Of a stretch of DNA of 64,000 nt, positions 38,673 through 50,909 are shown piece after piece (the stretch's first letter is position 1; the number at the start of each line of letters is the position of its first letter). Made by a program: the position numbers and the translations under genes. The notes below the pieces were generated by a model, which saw nothing but the letters and a program-made list of their open reading frames with translations, searched no databases and was not told the origin of the DNA. This DNA is from Mytilus edulis (Eukaryota), in NCBI RefSeq assembly GCF_963676685.1, contig NC_092353.1:12958001-13022000 (forward strand), in the 5' to 3' direction.

Positions 38673-41600
38673 TAGTACGGTGACCGAGTGAGGAAACGTC
38701 GCTTATTTAAGGAGTTTAATTGTCATTCGGACTATACGGCTATAAATCACAGTATTGGTAGTTCAAAGGTTAAACTTAACATTTTGACTTGTCGTCAAAA
38801 AATCGTACGGTGCAATTTTCGTAAAATGGGCTTTGAAGTACGTTAATTAACTTGAACGAAAAATCGACTAAGAAAAGTTTTGAGGTCAACATTGTAAAAT
38901 AACATCTGTGATATGATTTCTGTTATTATATACATTGTTGTTACACCTTATTCATATTATTTTAACGATTTCAAAGAAAAGTTAGCAAAATTAATTCGTT
39001 ATTAAAGAGTTTTTTGTAAAAGTTTAACACTACGAATACTTTGCATTTAATAGAGTGTTCCAATTTAATTTCCTGATTTCTTTTACGCAAAATGTAAAAT
39101 AATTAACATTTATATGTTATTCCATACATTTGTACCTTTATTAATCAATAATATGAAATTAATTTGTCTCAGAAGCACTATTTCAGCAATTCAAGCCAGA
39201 CAAAATTCATAACGCTCATATGACGGAGCTATTCGAAGCTCATATACAGCCTCTTATAGATACATATACGCTATTTGGATGTGATGTATTACTTACATTT
39301 ACATACTGGGATATGTTCCCTGAAGCAGTAGACATTTAGCAGTCAAATGTTAGAGCAGAACGAGAGGGAAATTGGTCTCTTCCTTGAGATCGTCATCTCA
39401 AATGTAAAATTATATTTTTGTAACCAACCGTACTCCACGAAGGTGGATGCCATTTTACATACTCGATATGCTTCAATTTTCTGTGAACATTTGATCACCT
39501 TTTATTAATGGCCACTTTGCTTTTTGGACAGATTCCTGGACATTTTAAAAGTACTATGACATGGCAACAGAAAAGACCGTTATAAAAGCCTAAAGGGGAT
39601 TAGGTGGCACTGTAGACCTAACAATTCAAAAGTCTGCGCTTGTTGGATGGGCCCTTACTAGACATTTCATAGAATCCATTAGTCGTGTAATACTGAAAAG
39701 GGATGGAAATGCTGAAAATTATACAAATTCACAGTAAGAAACAAAGCCAACAGCAATGAACAGAGATGAAGAACATGTTATTGCCATTGTGAACCATCTA
39801 AATGATTCATGACTGATCCCTTTGGTGTGGAATCCCACCCTCAATGTCTTATCAATATCTCTTCTTAAATGCATGCTCAAGACATATTCGAGGTTCTTTG
39901 CTCACAGTTGTCGAGGAAGGCTTGAAAATGTCTAAACATTTTATCAATAGTGCTCTTTCTTAAGATTACAAGGAGTTTTTATAGTCCAATATCAAACACA
40001 AACCTGAAAAATAAATCGGGGGAAATACTTTCAGGTCGCATAAATCCATGACTTGTAATTAGACGTGCACTTATTTCGGCAAAATGTAGAGATGATGTTA
40101 TCATAGAACATGTGTTGTCGCACCCATTTCATTATCCCCTTTTCAAAATGACGGCACCATGAGAAAATCATGCAAGTCGGATTTTGTGAAGCAATTCGAA
40201 TCTTAAGTCTCTTGTGCACTTTCCCTTCCTCCCTTAATATCATCGTTCACAACTTACATAAGAGATGGTATGGCATTGGTTCAATTTATTAATGCTAAGA
40301 AAGGTAAAACATGCGGCGACCTTGCAGCTTACTATTAAAAAATATGTCCCAATGAATTTCTATGGCGCACATAGTAACACATGTTTTTGACCGCTACGAC
40401 ACGAACAACTCTATAAAGTCTGCCGAAAGAGAACGCCGCACAGAGACTACAGCTTACATCAAAGTGTATCAGATTATAGAGCGGAGAAGTATTCCTGACT
40501 GGAAAACCTTGACAAATCCGATAAGATTCCACCTGATGTGAGCTTTACATAGTCAGAACGTTTGAAACTTAGTTAGTTTAATGTGACAGAGTGGAAGAAC
40601 AATCACACAGACCTCTGATACAATTGTAATTGTTTTGTGTGTTCGCTACTATAAAAATAGGACACATACAAGCGAGTTGTGGTTGCGGATGTTGAACATT
40701 AGCAGTGTAAATAATGGGCGGAGATTTTCACCCATTCAATAACTATGTGTCTGTCTTTCCCCAACAATTTGTAAACTATTGCCTGTTGCACATGTACTTA
40801 CCGGATGCGACGCAACTTCGTCTCTATTTGGAGTAAGTATACAAATTGACATCAAGACTTCGAAGGACACGCACGACTATTTCAGTTGTGTTTAGAGTTT
40901 CGGTAATATTGACAATGATAAAGCCCTTGTTTTTGGCATGAAAGATAATTTCAAAGGTTTATGATCAGAACTATCTCTTTAAAACCACTCCATCATAATA
41001 ATTATTCAAGTTTATCACAAGTAAGATGTAAGTTTAGTCAGGTTACCTTCCTGCGAGACGGCACTGAAACAGTTTGTTTTACGTACTGCGTTTCAAACTT
41101 AAAATTTGAAACGCATTACACATTGCTAAACCCCTATCCGGTCACCTTTAGAAGACGGTTGGCGAGAGTAAAATGATTCATTACACCCCGTGTATTTTAA
41201 AAGGCATATTTCAGCAGAGTTCTTGCAGGATCTTGTGTCTTCATTGAAGGAAAATCTGCCTGTGAAAGAGTCATGTGTTTGTTCACTACAAAACCTTACA
41301 TGTCCGGGGCTTTGGTCCTGTAAAGGGTCAGAATTATGTAGAAATTTCAAATCATGTTCCTTGACAATTAACCAGAAGATATAATTCTTTTGTGTGGATC
41401 TCTTTCATTGGAATGTTGAATTGTAACTATTTTCGAATAATTGAGTGCTTTTTAGTTTTAATGAATTCCATGCAAAATATACCTTCATGACAGAAGGATG
41501 CAGGTAAAAATAATAATCATCATTTATTGATGAGGTTGGATGTTAGCCGGCAAGGTAACTACAGTAATTTTAACAGACTATGTGTTGATCTTGTGTAATA

Positions 41601-41951
41601 GAACAAATATTTGAAAAACGCCAATTTCCAGAATAAATCGATTTCTTTTTCATTTTTTTTTTTAACATTTTCGAGATGATTCATTGAAAATTGATATAAG
41701 AAAATGTATGTATCTAGAATTTAACCTAAATTGTTGTATATTTCTTCAAATTTTGAAAGTATAGAAGAAGAAAAAATCAAAACAGAATTTGATCTTTGAC
41801 CTCATTTTATGCAAAACTGTTACCACATTTATTTTTGACGACATCGATATTTCAATAGTACTCATTTTTCCGAATCCAATGATATATAATATAGCCATAT
41901 AGTATGTTTGACGATTAAATCTAAAAAATATTGGGTCTGGTCACCGTACTA
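38673..41951 (+). mobile_element. Academ-like DNA transposon 2 (non-autonomous, internally deleted, coding decayed)
   Basis: 13-bp TIR TAGTACGGTGACC at both ends and 3-bp TSD ATA; BEL gag resumes across it (AARTI|DGLPLTNSNY). Remnants: VRAEREGNW, HVLTGCDATSSLFG (XPG-type H3TH motif) and a Cys-rich tail CVCSLQNLTC..SCKGSELCRN. Confidence 0.8.
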
Positions 41952-42390
41952 ATAGTTCTTGCAGCATCATTAACAAGCTGAGATTTTAAATAACTAAATT
42001 TCTGTGCGTCTTTGAGTGTTACATTGTAATGGACGGAAGATTCAAAAGAGTCCCAAAATGTTTGCCAAGTCAAAATTTCTCCGTTAAACATGGGTAGTGT
42101 AAGTTTCGGCAAATTGTGATTTTGGTTGCTAGGTTGCTGAACGTGAGAAGGTAATGCGTGATCATGCGGTGGGATATCATTATCAGTACATAATTTGTTT
42201 GCGAATGTTTTCCGTAAATGTCGTATTTTGGTGTTCAGAAAGAATTTGTACTCATCTGCATTTAAAATTTCTTCCTCGATGTCCTCCTCCTTTAAAGAAT
42301 TTATAATATCTTCGTCCAATGCACTTATAATTTTCTGTTTTTGAATTAATGTTTCTAAAAGTTCAGCACTTTCTTCATTGTCCAAGTTTG

Positions 42391-45300
42391 AAAAGAGGGA
42401 CGAAAGACATCAAAGGGACAGTCAAACTCGTAAATCTAAAACAAACTGACAACGCCATGGCTAAAAAGGAAAAAGACAAACAGAAAAACAATAGTACACA
42501 TGACACAACATAGAAAACTAAAGAATAAACAACACGAACCCCACCAAAAACTAGGGGTGATCTCAGGTGCTCCGGAAGGGTAAGCAGATCCTGCTCCACA
42601 TGCGGCACCCGTCGTGTTGCTTATGTGATTACAAATCTGGTAAAAAGTCTAATTCGGTAGGTCAAATTCATGAAAGGGAAGGGGATTGTAGTTACGACGT
42701 AAGGAACATATCCGATATCATTTGTGAAACGGTTATTCCATAACGGTCAACCAACTCGTGATGGCGTCCGTAAAATTTACGAAGGGATGATTTCAACTTC
42801 ACCATTTGGAACTCTTGGTTTAATAGCTTCCTTGTGAGCAGTAACCCTCTATCAAGAAAATCATGATAGGAAATGCAAGCACGGGAATATCGTATCAATT
42901 GGGAGATATATACCCCGTATGCAGGTGCTGCTGGAATGTTGCTACTTAGAAATGGAAAGTTCACAATTGGAAAGCTGAAATCATCTCTTTTGTCGTAAAG
43001 TTTTGTCTTCAACCGACCCTCATTGTCAATTTCTAGATGTAAGTCAAGATATGAAGCCGACTTAACTGTATCTGTAGTATCCTTTATCTCCAATTCGATG
43101 GGATAGATGCGATCCACATAGTCACCAAATTTTGAATTGTTTAGTGAAAGAACGTCATCTATATAGCGGAAAGTAGAGTTAAAGGATATTGCTAACTTCT
43201 TATCTTTCTTCCTAAGAAGTTCCTGCATGACGTCAGCCTCATAATAATAAAGAAACAAGTCAGCAAGTAGAGGGGCACAGTTTGTTCCCATTGGGATGCC
43301 GACAGTCTGTTGAAAAACACGTCCTCCGAACGTAACAAATATGTTGTCAATCAAGAAATCAAGCATCTTGATAATATCGGTTTCAGAGAATTTTTTGTTT
43401 GAATCAGAATGATTCTTTACAAAGTATGATTTATCCCTCCCTAAGACAAGATACTTGTATCTACGTTGGCCATTCTTTTTTATGAAGCAAAGTAATACCA
43501 ACTCTTTTAATTTGTCTTTTAGTTTGGAATGTGGAATACTTGTGTAAAGAGTAGAAAAGTCAAATGTTTTAATACTGTTACAAGATGAAAGAGAGTTAGA
43601 TTGTATGTACTCTAAAAGATCTTTGGAATTTTTAAGTATCCACATCTGATTCACGCCAGCTCTAGAATAGGCAGTTTCACAATAACTTTGAAGCCCGTCT
43701 TTGATTGCTGATAAAATGGATGTTAATAATTTAGAAAGGGGTTTCGTGGAGCACTTGGAAGACCCAGCAATATACCGTTGTTTGTAAGGACACTTATGTA
43801 GTTTAGGTATCCAATACAGTGATGGAAGATCCAGTTCTTCATCTTTGGTTGAAATACCAAAGGAACAAAGAACAGACCTATGATTATCCAGGATTTCCTC
43901 TTTGGTAAGTGTCGTGAGGGTATATGTTGGGTTTCCAAGTGAATTGTCTATACCTAATTCGTTTATCAAGCAATTAATGTAATGACTTTTACAGATAAAA
44001 ACGATGTTATTTGGGGCTTTGTCTGCGGGGACAACAACATATTCATCATGGAGGTCAGATAGGTGTTTAGCAACATTTGGATCTTTGAAGATTGACGTAG
44101 CATGGGCATTGATGGACCCATTCAGTTTCTTAATTCTGATTTGTATTAACGACCTCACTGCCTTAATCCATTCGGATAGAGTGTCTACGTCTTCCTTCTC
44201 GCGCTTAGCCCATTGCCTGGCATAATCCTCGACTGAATCCATCAAAATTTTAAAGTTTTGTTTCCAATTGATGGATTTAGGCTCACGATATTTCGGACCT
44301 TTCGATAACACGTTTCGTAGAGAAGTGTTATTAACAATGTTAAGGTCACCGGTAATAACGTGGCCAGCAGGATTATATGTGAATTGGGAACTAGCACAAG
44401 TGCAATCAGGAGGTTTAGACTTGAAGTCGTCAATATCGAGATCCTGCAAAACGCGTTTGTAATTGAAAATTTTAGTTGCAATAGGTTTGGTATAGGTATA
44501 AGAAATTATTGGTACAGACTGGTCTTTGAAATAAGGAGGTATTTTCGATTGAACTGATTTATGATGAAGGATATTGCCTAGGTTGACGCCATCGAGACCT
44601 TTGTTGGCAAAGGAAAGATTTAGAAAAGATCTTTTCTCTTTTTCATCTTTTCCAATGCGAACTGGCTTGAAAAGTCTGTGACTAGCAATATCCGAAATTA
44701 TAGCTTGTAGTTTGTATTGGTTTGAATGAGGGTTTGTTACAGTGGATTCCAAACATAAATTGAACAGAGAATGAAGTTTTGAAAGGGGTAATGAATAAAG
44801 TTTCGTGCGAATGTGATGAATACCTAACGGTTTTTGTATGCATGGCAGCAAGTCATTAATAGAGACATCATGCAGAGAGGGTGATGTATAATGACGATGG
44901 CCATGACTACGTCTACGTCGAGGAGTCGAGTTGAAAATATTCATCACATTCACCGAGTTACACGAAGGACTAGATAGAATACCTATACCATCAATTTTGT
45001 CATTGCAGCCATACGGTGTTGCAGTTCCCAATTGTCTAATCCAGTAGTCTTCTTTTTGTCTACGGAGAGTCGTTGAAAGATTAGGATTGTTCGAGCTATG
45101 GTATATTTTTTCAATAATTCGAACTGTCATAGAAACGATGGAATGATCGGGCTGATTGAAATGCTGGTATAGAATGTCGTTAGCATTGAGGTTAATGTCT
45201 GATCTATGACCGCACATACGTTTGTTTAGCCTTCCTTTCGTTTCACCGACGTATACCAAGCCGCAAAGATTGCACTCTAATCCGTAGACGACATTTATCG

Positions 45301-45443
45301 ATTTACAATTCAGATCATCGTAACTTCTGGTAAAATATGACTTCTTGGTCAAATTGCTAGTGAATTCAGCATCTGTAATTAAAATAGCACAAGTTTTGCA
45401 GCCTTTGGTCTCACATTTTGAAATGCGACAGTGTTGTACTGTG
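42391..45443 (-). mobile_element. Penelope-like retroelement with N-terminal GIY-YIG endonuclease (Naiad-type domain order), 5'-truncated, inserted in BEL2 gag
   Basis: Interrupts gag between ..SAVKRLLR and FSNLDNEES..; its 3' end (..CGTCCCTCTTT) is shared with the other copies in the window. Confidence 0.9.
42692..45443 (-). CDS. GIY-YIG endonuclease + reverse transcriptase ORF (886 aa from the ORF-track start; frame open to the 5' junction)
   Basis: CETKGCKTC knuckle; NVVYGLECNLCGLVYVGET..R...H (GIY-YIG); KEDYWIRQL; PADKA; YWIPKLHK; FDFSTLYT; GIPMGTNCAP; FRYIDD; LYDKRDDF. No internal stops. Confidence 0.92.
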
Positions 45444-48400
45444 TCGTAAAAGTCTCTTTACTGCACTTTTGTGACCAGCTCTGACTGCTTTTAGCTTGCT
45501 GTCCATCTTACCCAATGGTTACGACACCATAAATGTGTGGAATAAACTAAATAAGTCGTATATGTACTTTGCGTTGTGTTTACTTTGCGTATAATATTTA
45601 CAATGGCGAAGCTCATACAAGGTGTAAGAAACGTCACAAACATATGAACGTAAATACGGGAAACGTAACGTTATAACTTCGAACTATTCTCAACACTGGT
45701 AGTTCGAGCATATCAAGAATATATACAGGCATCCGTCTAAGGTAATTTGTACGGTTGGTAATGTAAAAATAGGGCAGCATTTTGGATGAAGACATCAAAT
45801 GTGCTGACCAATTACCTTCTCGTTCTGTTCGTACATTTGACAACATAATTTGAACGGCAACGAGGAACATGTCCCATTGTTTGACAGTAGGTGATGCATC
45901 GTGACCCCATTCTTTGAACAGACCAATAAGAGGCTGTACATGGTCTTCAAACAACTTTTCCAGTCTAGTTTTAATGTCTGAGGCTTGGTCCGTTTGATCA
46001 CATATACATGTATGAAACTCTAACAACACATTCCAAAACGCAGCTGGTATCTGATCGAAGTAATCAAAGGTCCTACACCTGTGTATAAATGCTAGGATAA
46101 AAAGAACTTGTAGGGCTTCAAACACAAGCGTGAACCCTCTGACAGCCCTGTTAAACTCTTTACCATTCAACATAAGTTCGGCTGTATTTCCAGCATACAC
46201 ACCAGAATCTACCAACAAATCGCAAAGACCACATCGGCCCAAAGTTTCCCGATAGAGGCTAAGAAACACGACAAACTGTAGAAATCTCCAAGCCTGAGAA
46301 TATGGCGATTAAAAATGTCAGGCTTCGACCATTTGACTTGTTGTGCGATTGCATAGAGTTGCTGGTCAAATGTTTCAATAGCGTAATCCTGTCCGGCATC
46401 ATTAGACATGTCATGACATTTCTGCATGGCTGTATACACTGTGGCCATATCATTCGATTTAGAATCTATAATTGGAGGATATGCTATAACTGTAACATCG
46501 GCGCCCTTTTTAGACAAAAGACAATTGTAACCTGTCCAAAAAGGAATCTTTTGCTCATTCACTTTTATTTCCATTGGGAACTCTATACCATTCCTTGACA
46601 ACAGTCTAGAGAACATCCATATCTGATCAACATCATTACTCTTATTTTAATCCCATAATTTAAGTTTATCGAAAGCATCCGATCGTCGTGGAGGTTCTGA
46701 TCTACATTTTGGTTTAAGGTAAGGAATGGCATCGGTCAATGATGCTGTTGTATCATCTATAACCAAAGATCTCTCTATTCCTCGTTCTAAACCATAGTCA
46801 CGAACGCCAGCTGATCTGGTTTGAAATACAGCCCTAGCAAGAGAATTGAAGGTGGTTTTTCCATTTATTGTCTCGGCGTTTATGTCAATATTATCAGAAC
46901 CCTCTTGAATCAATCGACCTCCTTCTGAAATGGGACGAATACCTTCTGGGATGTATCGATCGCCACTGATACGACTTATCTCATGGTTTGCAACGCTGTT
47001 AAGGTATCTCCGCAATTCAGTAACGCAAAACCCATGCGCGTTCAGAATTTCAATAAGGCGCTTCGACCCAAACTCGTGGTAAACTTGAATTGCAAGACCA
47101 AGATGAAAAGGTGTAAAGATACTGCGGCTAGTTGCAACAATACATTCCGTTAAAGCTAGCCAAAAATTTCCTCACACTTTCTATTTTGATATTAGAAGGA
47201 ACAGTGCAAGTGCTAAAGGCCTTTTCATCCGTAATCAAACTAAGTAGTTTGACCAAAGAAACGGGCATTGACTGTAAAGAACTTTCGAATGATATTACCT
47301 CTGTTGAAGTTGGGTAGTGTTCTTTAAAAATTCTTACTTTTTCAATGTCTCTCCGAATTATACACGCTATTGAATAAAGGAGTTTGTCATAATTTGTTCG
47401 CTATACATACGTCTCGTTTGTTTTTCATTTGACCATTTTAACTCAGTTTTCAAATTACTGGTTGCTTTGATCGCATCCCCTAGTGGTATATTGCTACTCA
47501 TTATGATGTTGGACTTACCCTGACCTTGTTGTGATTGAATGACAACAGAATCATCGTACTTGTTTTCCAAATATCGCTGCAGTTTCCTTGTTGTAAAGCT
47601 TGTAGGCATATTTTCTGGTACGTATGAAACAAACCTCTCAATTAAAGAGGATAATAGAAATGCTTTTTTATTCTTTAATAAATCATCCTTTATGCTAGAG
47701 GTTAATTTGGAAAAAACAGCTGGATTTATGGATTCACATTCTGAAGTTGAGTTACCAACGATCTTAATATCTTTTTTTTTAAATACGTTAGATATTTTGT
47801 TAAGCACTGGTTTATATGGTAAAAAGCTTGTTTTTTTTTAATTGTCTTAACTAATTTTATGTAGCAAGTTTGAATCACCGTTAAGGTTTGCAGCGTCTGT
47901 AATACGACTAACCCTTTCATCCGATTCTATTTTCAAGTTTTTTGTCTTGCTTGTAGCTTTTCTTATTTCAAAATATACAAGCACTCCAATTGATAGGAGA
48001 AGACAAAGATCGAGTTAAGATACTCGTGACTGGACAGGACTGGACTGAACATTCCGCTACTTCATCATCTTGTCTCTTGTAGCAATTTTTCCAAACTGTC
48101 ATTCGATGATTCATTCGGTATATCACCGAATGAATCATATTCACTAATCAATTTCAAGTAAATATCATCTTTAAGCTTACCAGCTGCAGCAAAAAACCGC
48201 GATTTACTGTTATGTGTAAATAAAACTACTGTTTCATTACTGCTTTTCTGGCAAATTACACATTTTTCTAATTTTAAACTTGGTTTCAGCCGCTTTGCAG
48301 TTCTTGGGCAGTGGACTCCCCTGTTGTGCCATCTTTTGGGGTTAGGCCAGACCTCAATTTCTAAAAATAACTTCCAACTAAATAATTTATATTCCTCTTA

Positions 48401-49870
48401 AATAAATTAAACCTAATCAACACAACCTCAAAACTGAACAACCAACAAATAAAAATATCTAAAAATCCAAAAACTTGACCAAACACAAGTTATATCAAGT
48501 GATAATTACTATATAGTAATCAAACATGTAGTGCGCTCGAAGTTCAAAATCAATAAGGTTTATGATATCATATCACCCGTACCTGACACGACTTTCCGGA
48601 AAATGAAGTAAGATTGTATTTTAATAGTGACTTTTTAAATGCTATTTTAAATCTTTTAGTGAAATTTGTTATGATAAAAAATTATGTCACTGATAAGAGT
48701 TTGCTGAATTTTCACATTGTATAAATTAGTTTATAATTTTAAGATACGTGCGTTTTTGCAAAGTATTGAAATCCGGTGAAGCGACAAAATGTCCAAAGTT
48801 TTAGAAATTTGTATTTCCATATTTATTGAACAAACGACTTATAATGTTACTTTTATTGCTTAATGAATAACGTATTATATGTGCTATTTAAATCCTTTAC
48901 GAAATACATATATTTGGCAACGATTTAAAAAAAAATGACGAAATTGCATGAATCGTAGAGTCCACATTTCGTGTAATTTTTGCTAACAAAACGGCAAATT
49001 AAAAAAAATTCTCCACTGTACGACTTTTTGATGACCAGTCTAAAATAAAAGTAAAATCATTTCTCTATACGTATATCAATTTGTAGCCGTAAACCCGACA
49101 GTGAAATTAAACTCTGTTAATAATCGCCTTTTTACTATTCCGTCACCGTACTATATGCTCTAGGCTGGTGTTTCTTTGACATTTACAAAATTTCTTTTTT
49201 TTTAATTTTAAATTGCATGTTTATGTGACTTAATATCTAAACAGACAATAATTGAAATCACGTAATAGATTATCGTTGCCTCAAGTGACCTCATATTAGT
49301 TCTACTGTGTCCGCTTATTTTCATTTGTTGCATTACCGAAGGAAAGTAATCACTGAACTATTATTATTATTATACCTTACATATATTACAAACAATTCTA
49401 GTGGATAACAACTTATCACGTGTCATGGAATAATTCGGTAAATTTACATTTAATTGCAAGGTAGGACAAATAACCCCTAGAATTTACACCAGCGGTTGAT
49501 TACCTATTATTCACCGGCAAATAACCTTTTTAGTGTCTAGATTTGCACTCGAGATACCTCCCATGAAAATGACGTCACAGACGTAAATTCACAAGATGGT
49601 AGCGTTCACGTTACACTGACAGCCCATCGAGAGACGAGGAAATAAGTCTTTGGAATTGAAGAGTGCCAGCAGCCGATGATATATCTTATAAACGGTCCTT
49701 TTCAAGGCCATTAGTATTTTACAAAACGATTCTACCTTTGTTGTACATCCACGAAATTCTAGAACACAAATGTATTTTCCAGAGTTTTTTTCAAACGTGA
49801 GCTTGTGTTTGTTATGTAAAACATATAGCAAGTGTTTAAAAGGCCCTTCCCCTGTTAGTTCGGTATAATA

Positions 49871-50017
49871 AAACAATTGTTGCCCCTTAGAATCGATGAA
49901 TATCCAAAATTGTCAACCCTTTAAAGTTATTTCACTTCGGGCTAAGACACATTGAAATAACCTTCTCGTTTTGACAATTTTGTATAATCACCTTTTCAAC
50001 GGGCCATAATTGTATAT
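49871..50017. repeat. Small degenerate palindromic element
   Basis: ACAATTGTTGCCC..AAAATTGTCAA..GTTATTTCA is mirrored by TGAAATAAC..TTGACAATTTT..GGGCCATAATTGT. Confidence 0.5.
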
Positions 50018-50420
50018 TATTCGCAACACATTAAGTAATACTTTTAATTCAGAAGCTGTTTATCCGTCCGGAGCACATGAAGAGAATTTTGTTTTTTTTT
50101 TCTCGCTGAAATTTTACTTTTTTCTTTACTGTTTTGTTCACTGGTTTGTTTACTGTATTTTTTTAATGTTGGACTTGCGGGTTTAAAAGGCGACTATTTG
50201 CACATTCTTCGTTTCACATATTAAACATTTCAACTACAACTGTTACAATGATTGTAACTACTTCATGTTTAATGATCAATTTCTTTTTGTATTAAATGAT
50301 AATAATAATAATAATAATGATCTTTATTTACCAGTCATTACAACTATAGACATACAGCATATTAACTACCCAATGTATACATATAAATAGCAAAAGGTAG
50401 TGTGAAATATATTGCAACAC

Positions 50421-50909
50421 GTTAGATCTTAATTTGTGTGCATGGAATATAAATTTACTCAAACTACATAATTCTCTAAGATAATTAGAACTCATTAATG
50501 GTATATATACATAAAAGGTTTTCTCCGATAATATGCATATGGTTTGATAAAACATGATCTACATGTAAGACATTTTAAAATAAAATGCTTCTCATCTACA
50601 ATGTTATATTTTTACAAAAACTACATAGTCTATTATCTCTTGGAATCGCAAAAAAAGCTATACAAAGTATACATATATGTTACCATGTTAGATCTAATTT
50701 TTTGTGCATGAAATAGATATTAATAAAACTACATGATTCTCTAAGATAATTAGAACTCATTAATTGTATACATTAATACATAGGTTTTCTCCAAAAATAT
50801 GGTTTGATAAAATATGATCTACATGTACATTTTAAAATCAATGCATTTCATGTTCAATGTTATTTTTACAAAAACTACATATATTATCTCTTGGAATTGC
50901 AAAAAAGCT
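50421..50909. repeat. Local tandem duplication (about 230-265 bp, two copies)
   Basis: GTTAGATCT..AAACTACAT..CTAAGATAATTAGAACTCATTAAT..TATTATCTCTTGGAAT occurs twice (about 50421-50659 and 50687-50909). Confidence 0.8.

Larger units (their letters stand above)
36526..45695 (-). mobile_element. BEL/Pao LTR retrotransposon 2, internally deleted (no RT/RNase H/integrase core), with two nested insertions
   Basis: 162-bp LTRs at 36526-36687 and 45534-45695 (2 mismatches, TG..CA); TSD CTGGT; PBS TGGTGTCGTAACCA. gag is in three pieces (45506-45444, 42390-41952, 38672-37028) and includes Cys-His knuckles and protease LFDEGAQRSF. After YIPHHPVKK the sequence jumps to the integrase tail (RKASIRAKERIKSWTR). 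Confidence 0.93.
36360..49153 (-). mobile_element. Academ-like DNA transposon 1 (decayed, 3'-truncated; split by BEL element 2)
   Basis: The terminus at 49153 reads TAGTACGGTGAC on the minus strand. Transposase fragments include DNIDINAET, TFDQQLYAIAQQVKW, HILRLG, EREGNWSAHL..MLPYF..NRTNY, and YILDMLELP|AKIESAFKLGEFSIRQ..GIWSD..SKGSGGIVGIT, which is continuous across the BEL insertion. The superfamily call rests on TAG..CTA ends and the XPG-like/Cys-rich relative at 38673-41951. Confidence 0.7.

Noticed and set aside
45400-45420. In-frame TGA (selenocysteine) in the Penelope-like ORF, as reported for some Naiad elements
   Set aside because: The TGA here is out of frame (AAA TGT GAG = K-C-E); no in-frame TGA was seen in the retained ORF.
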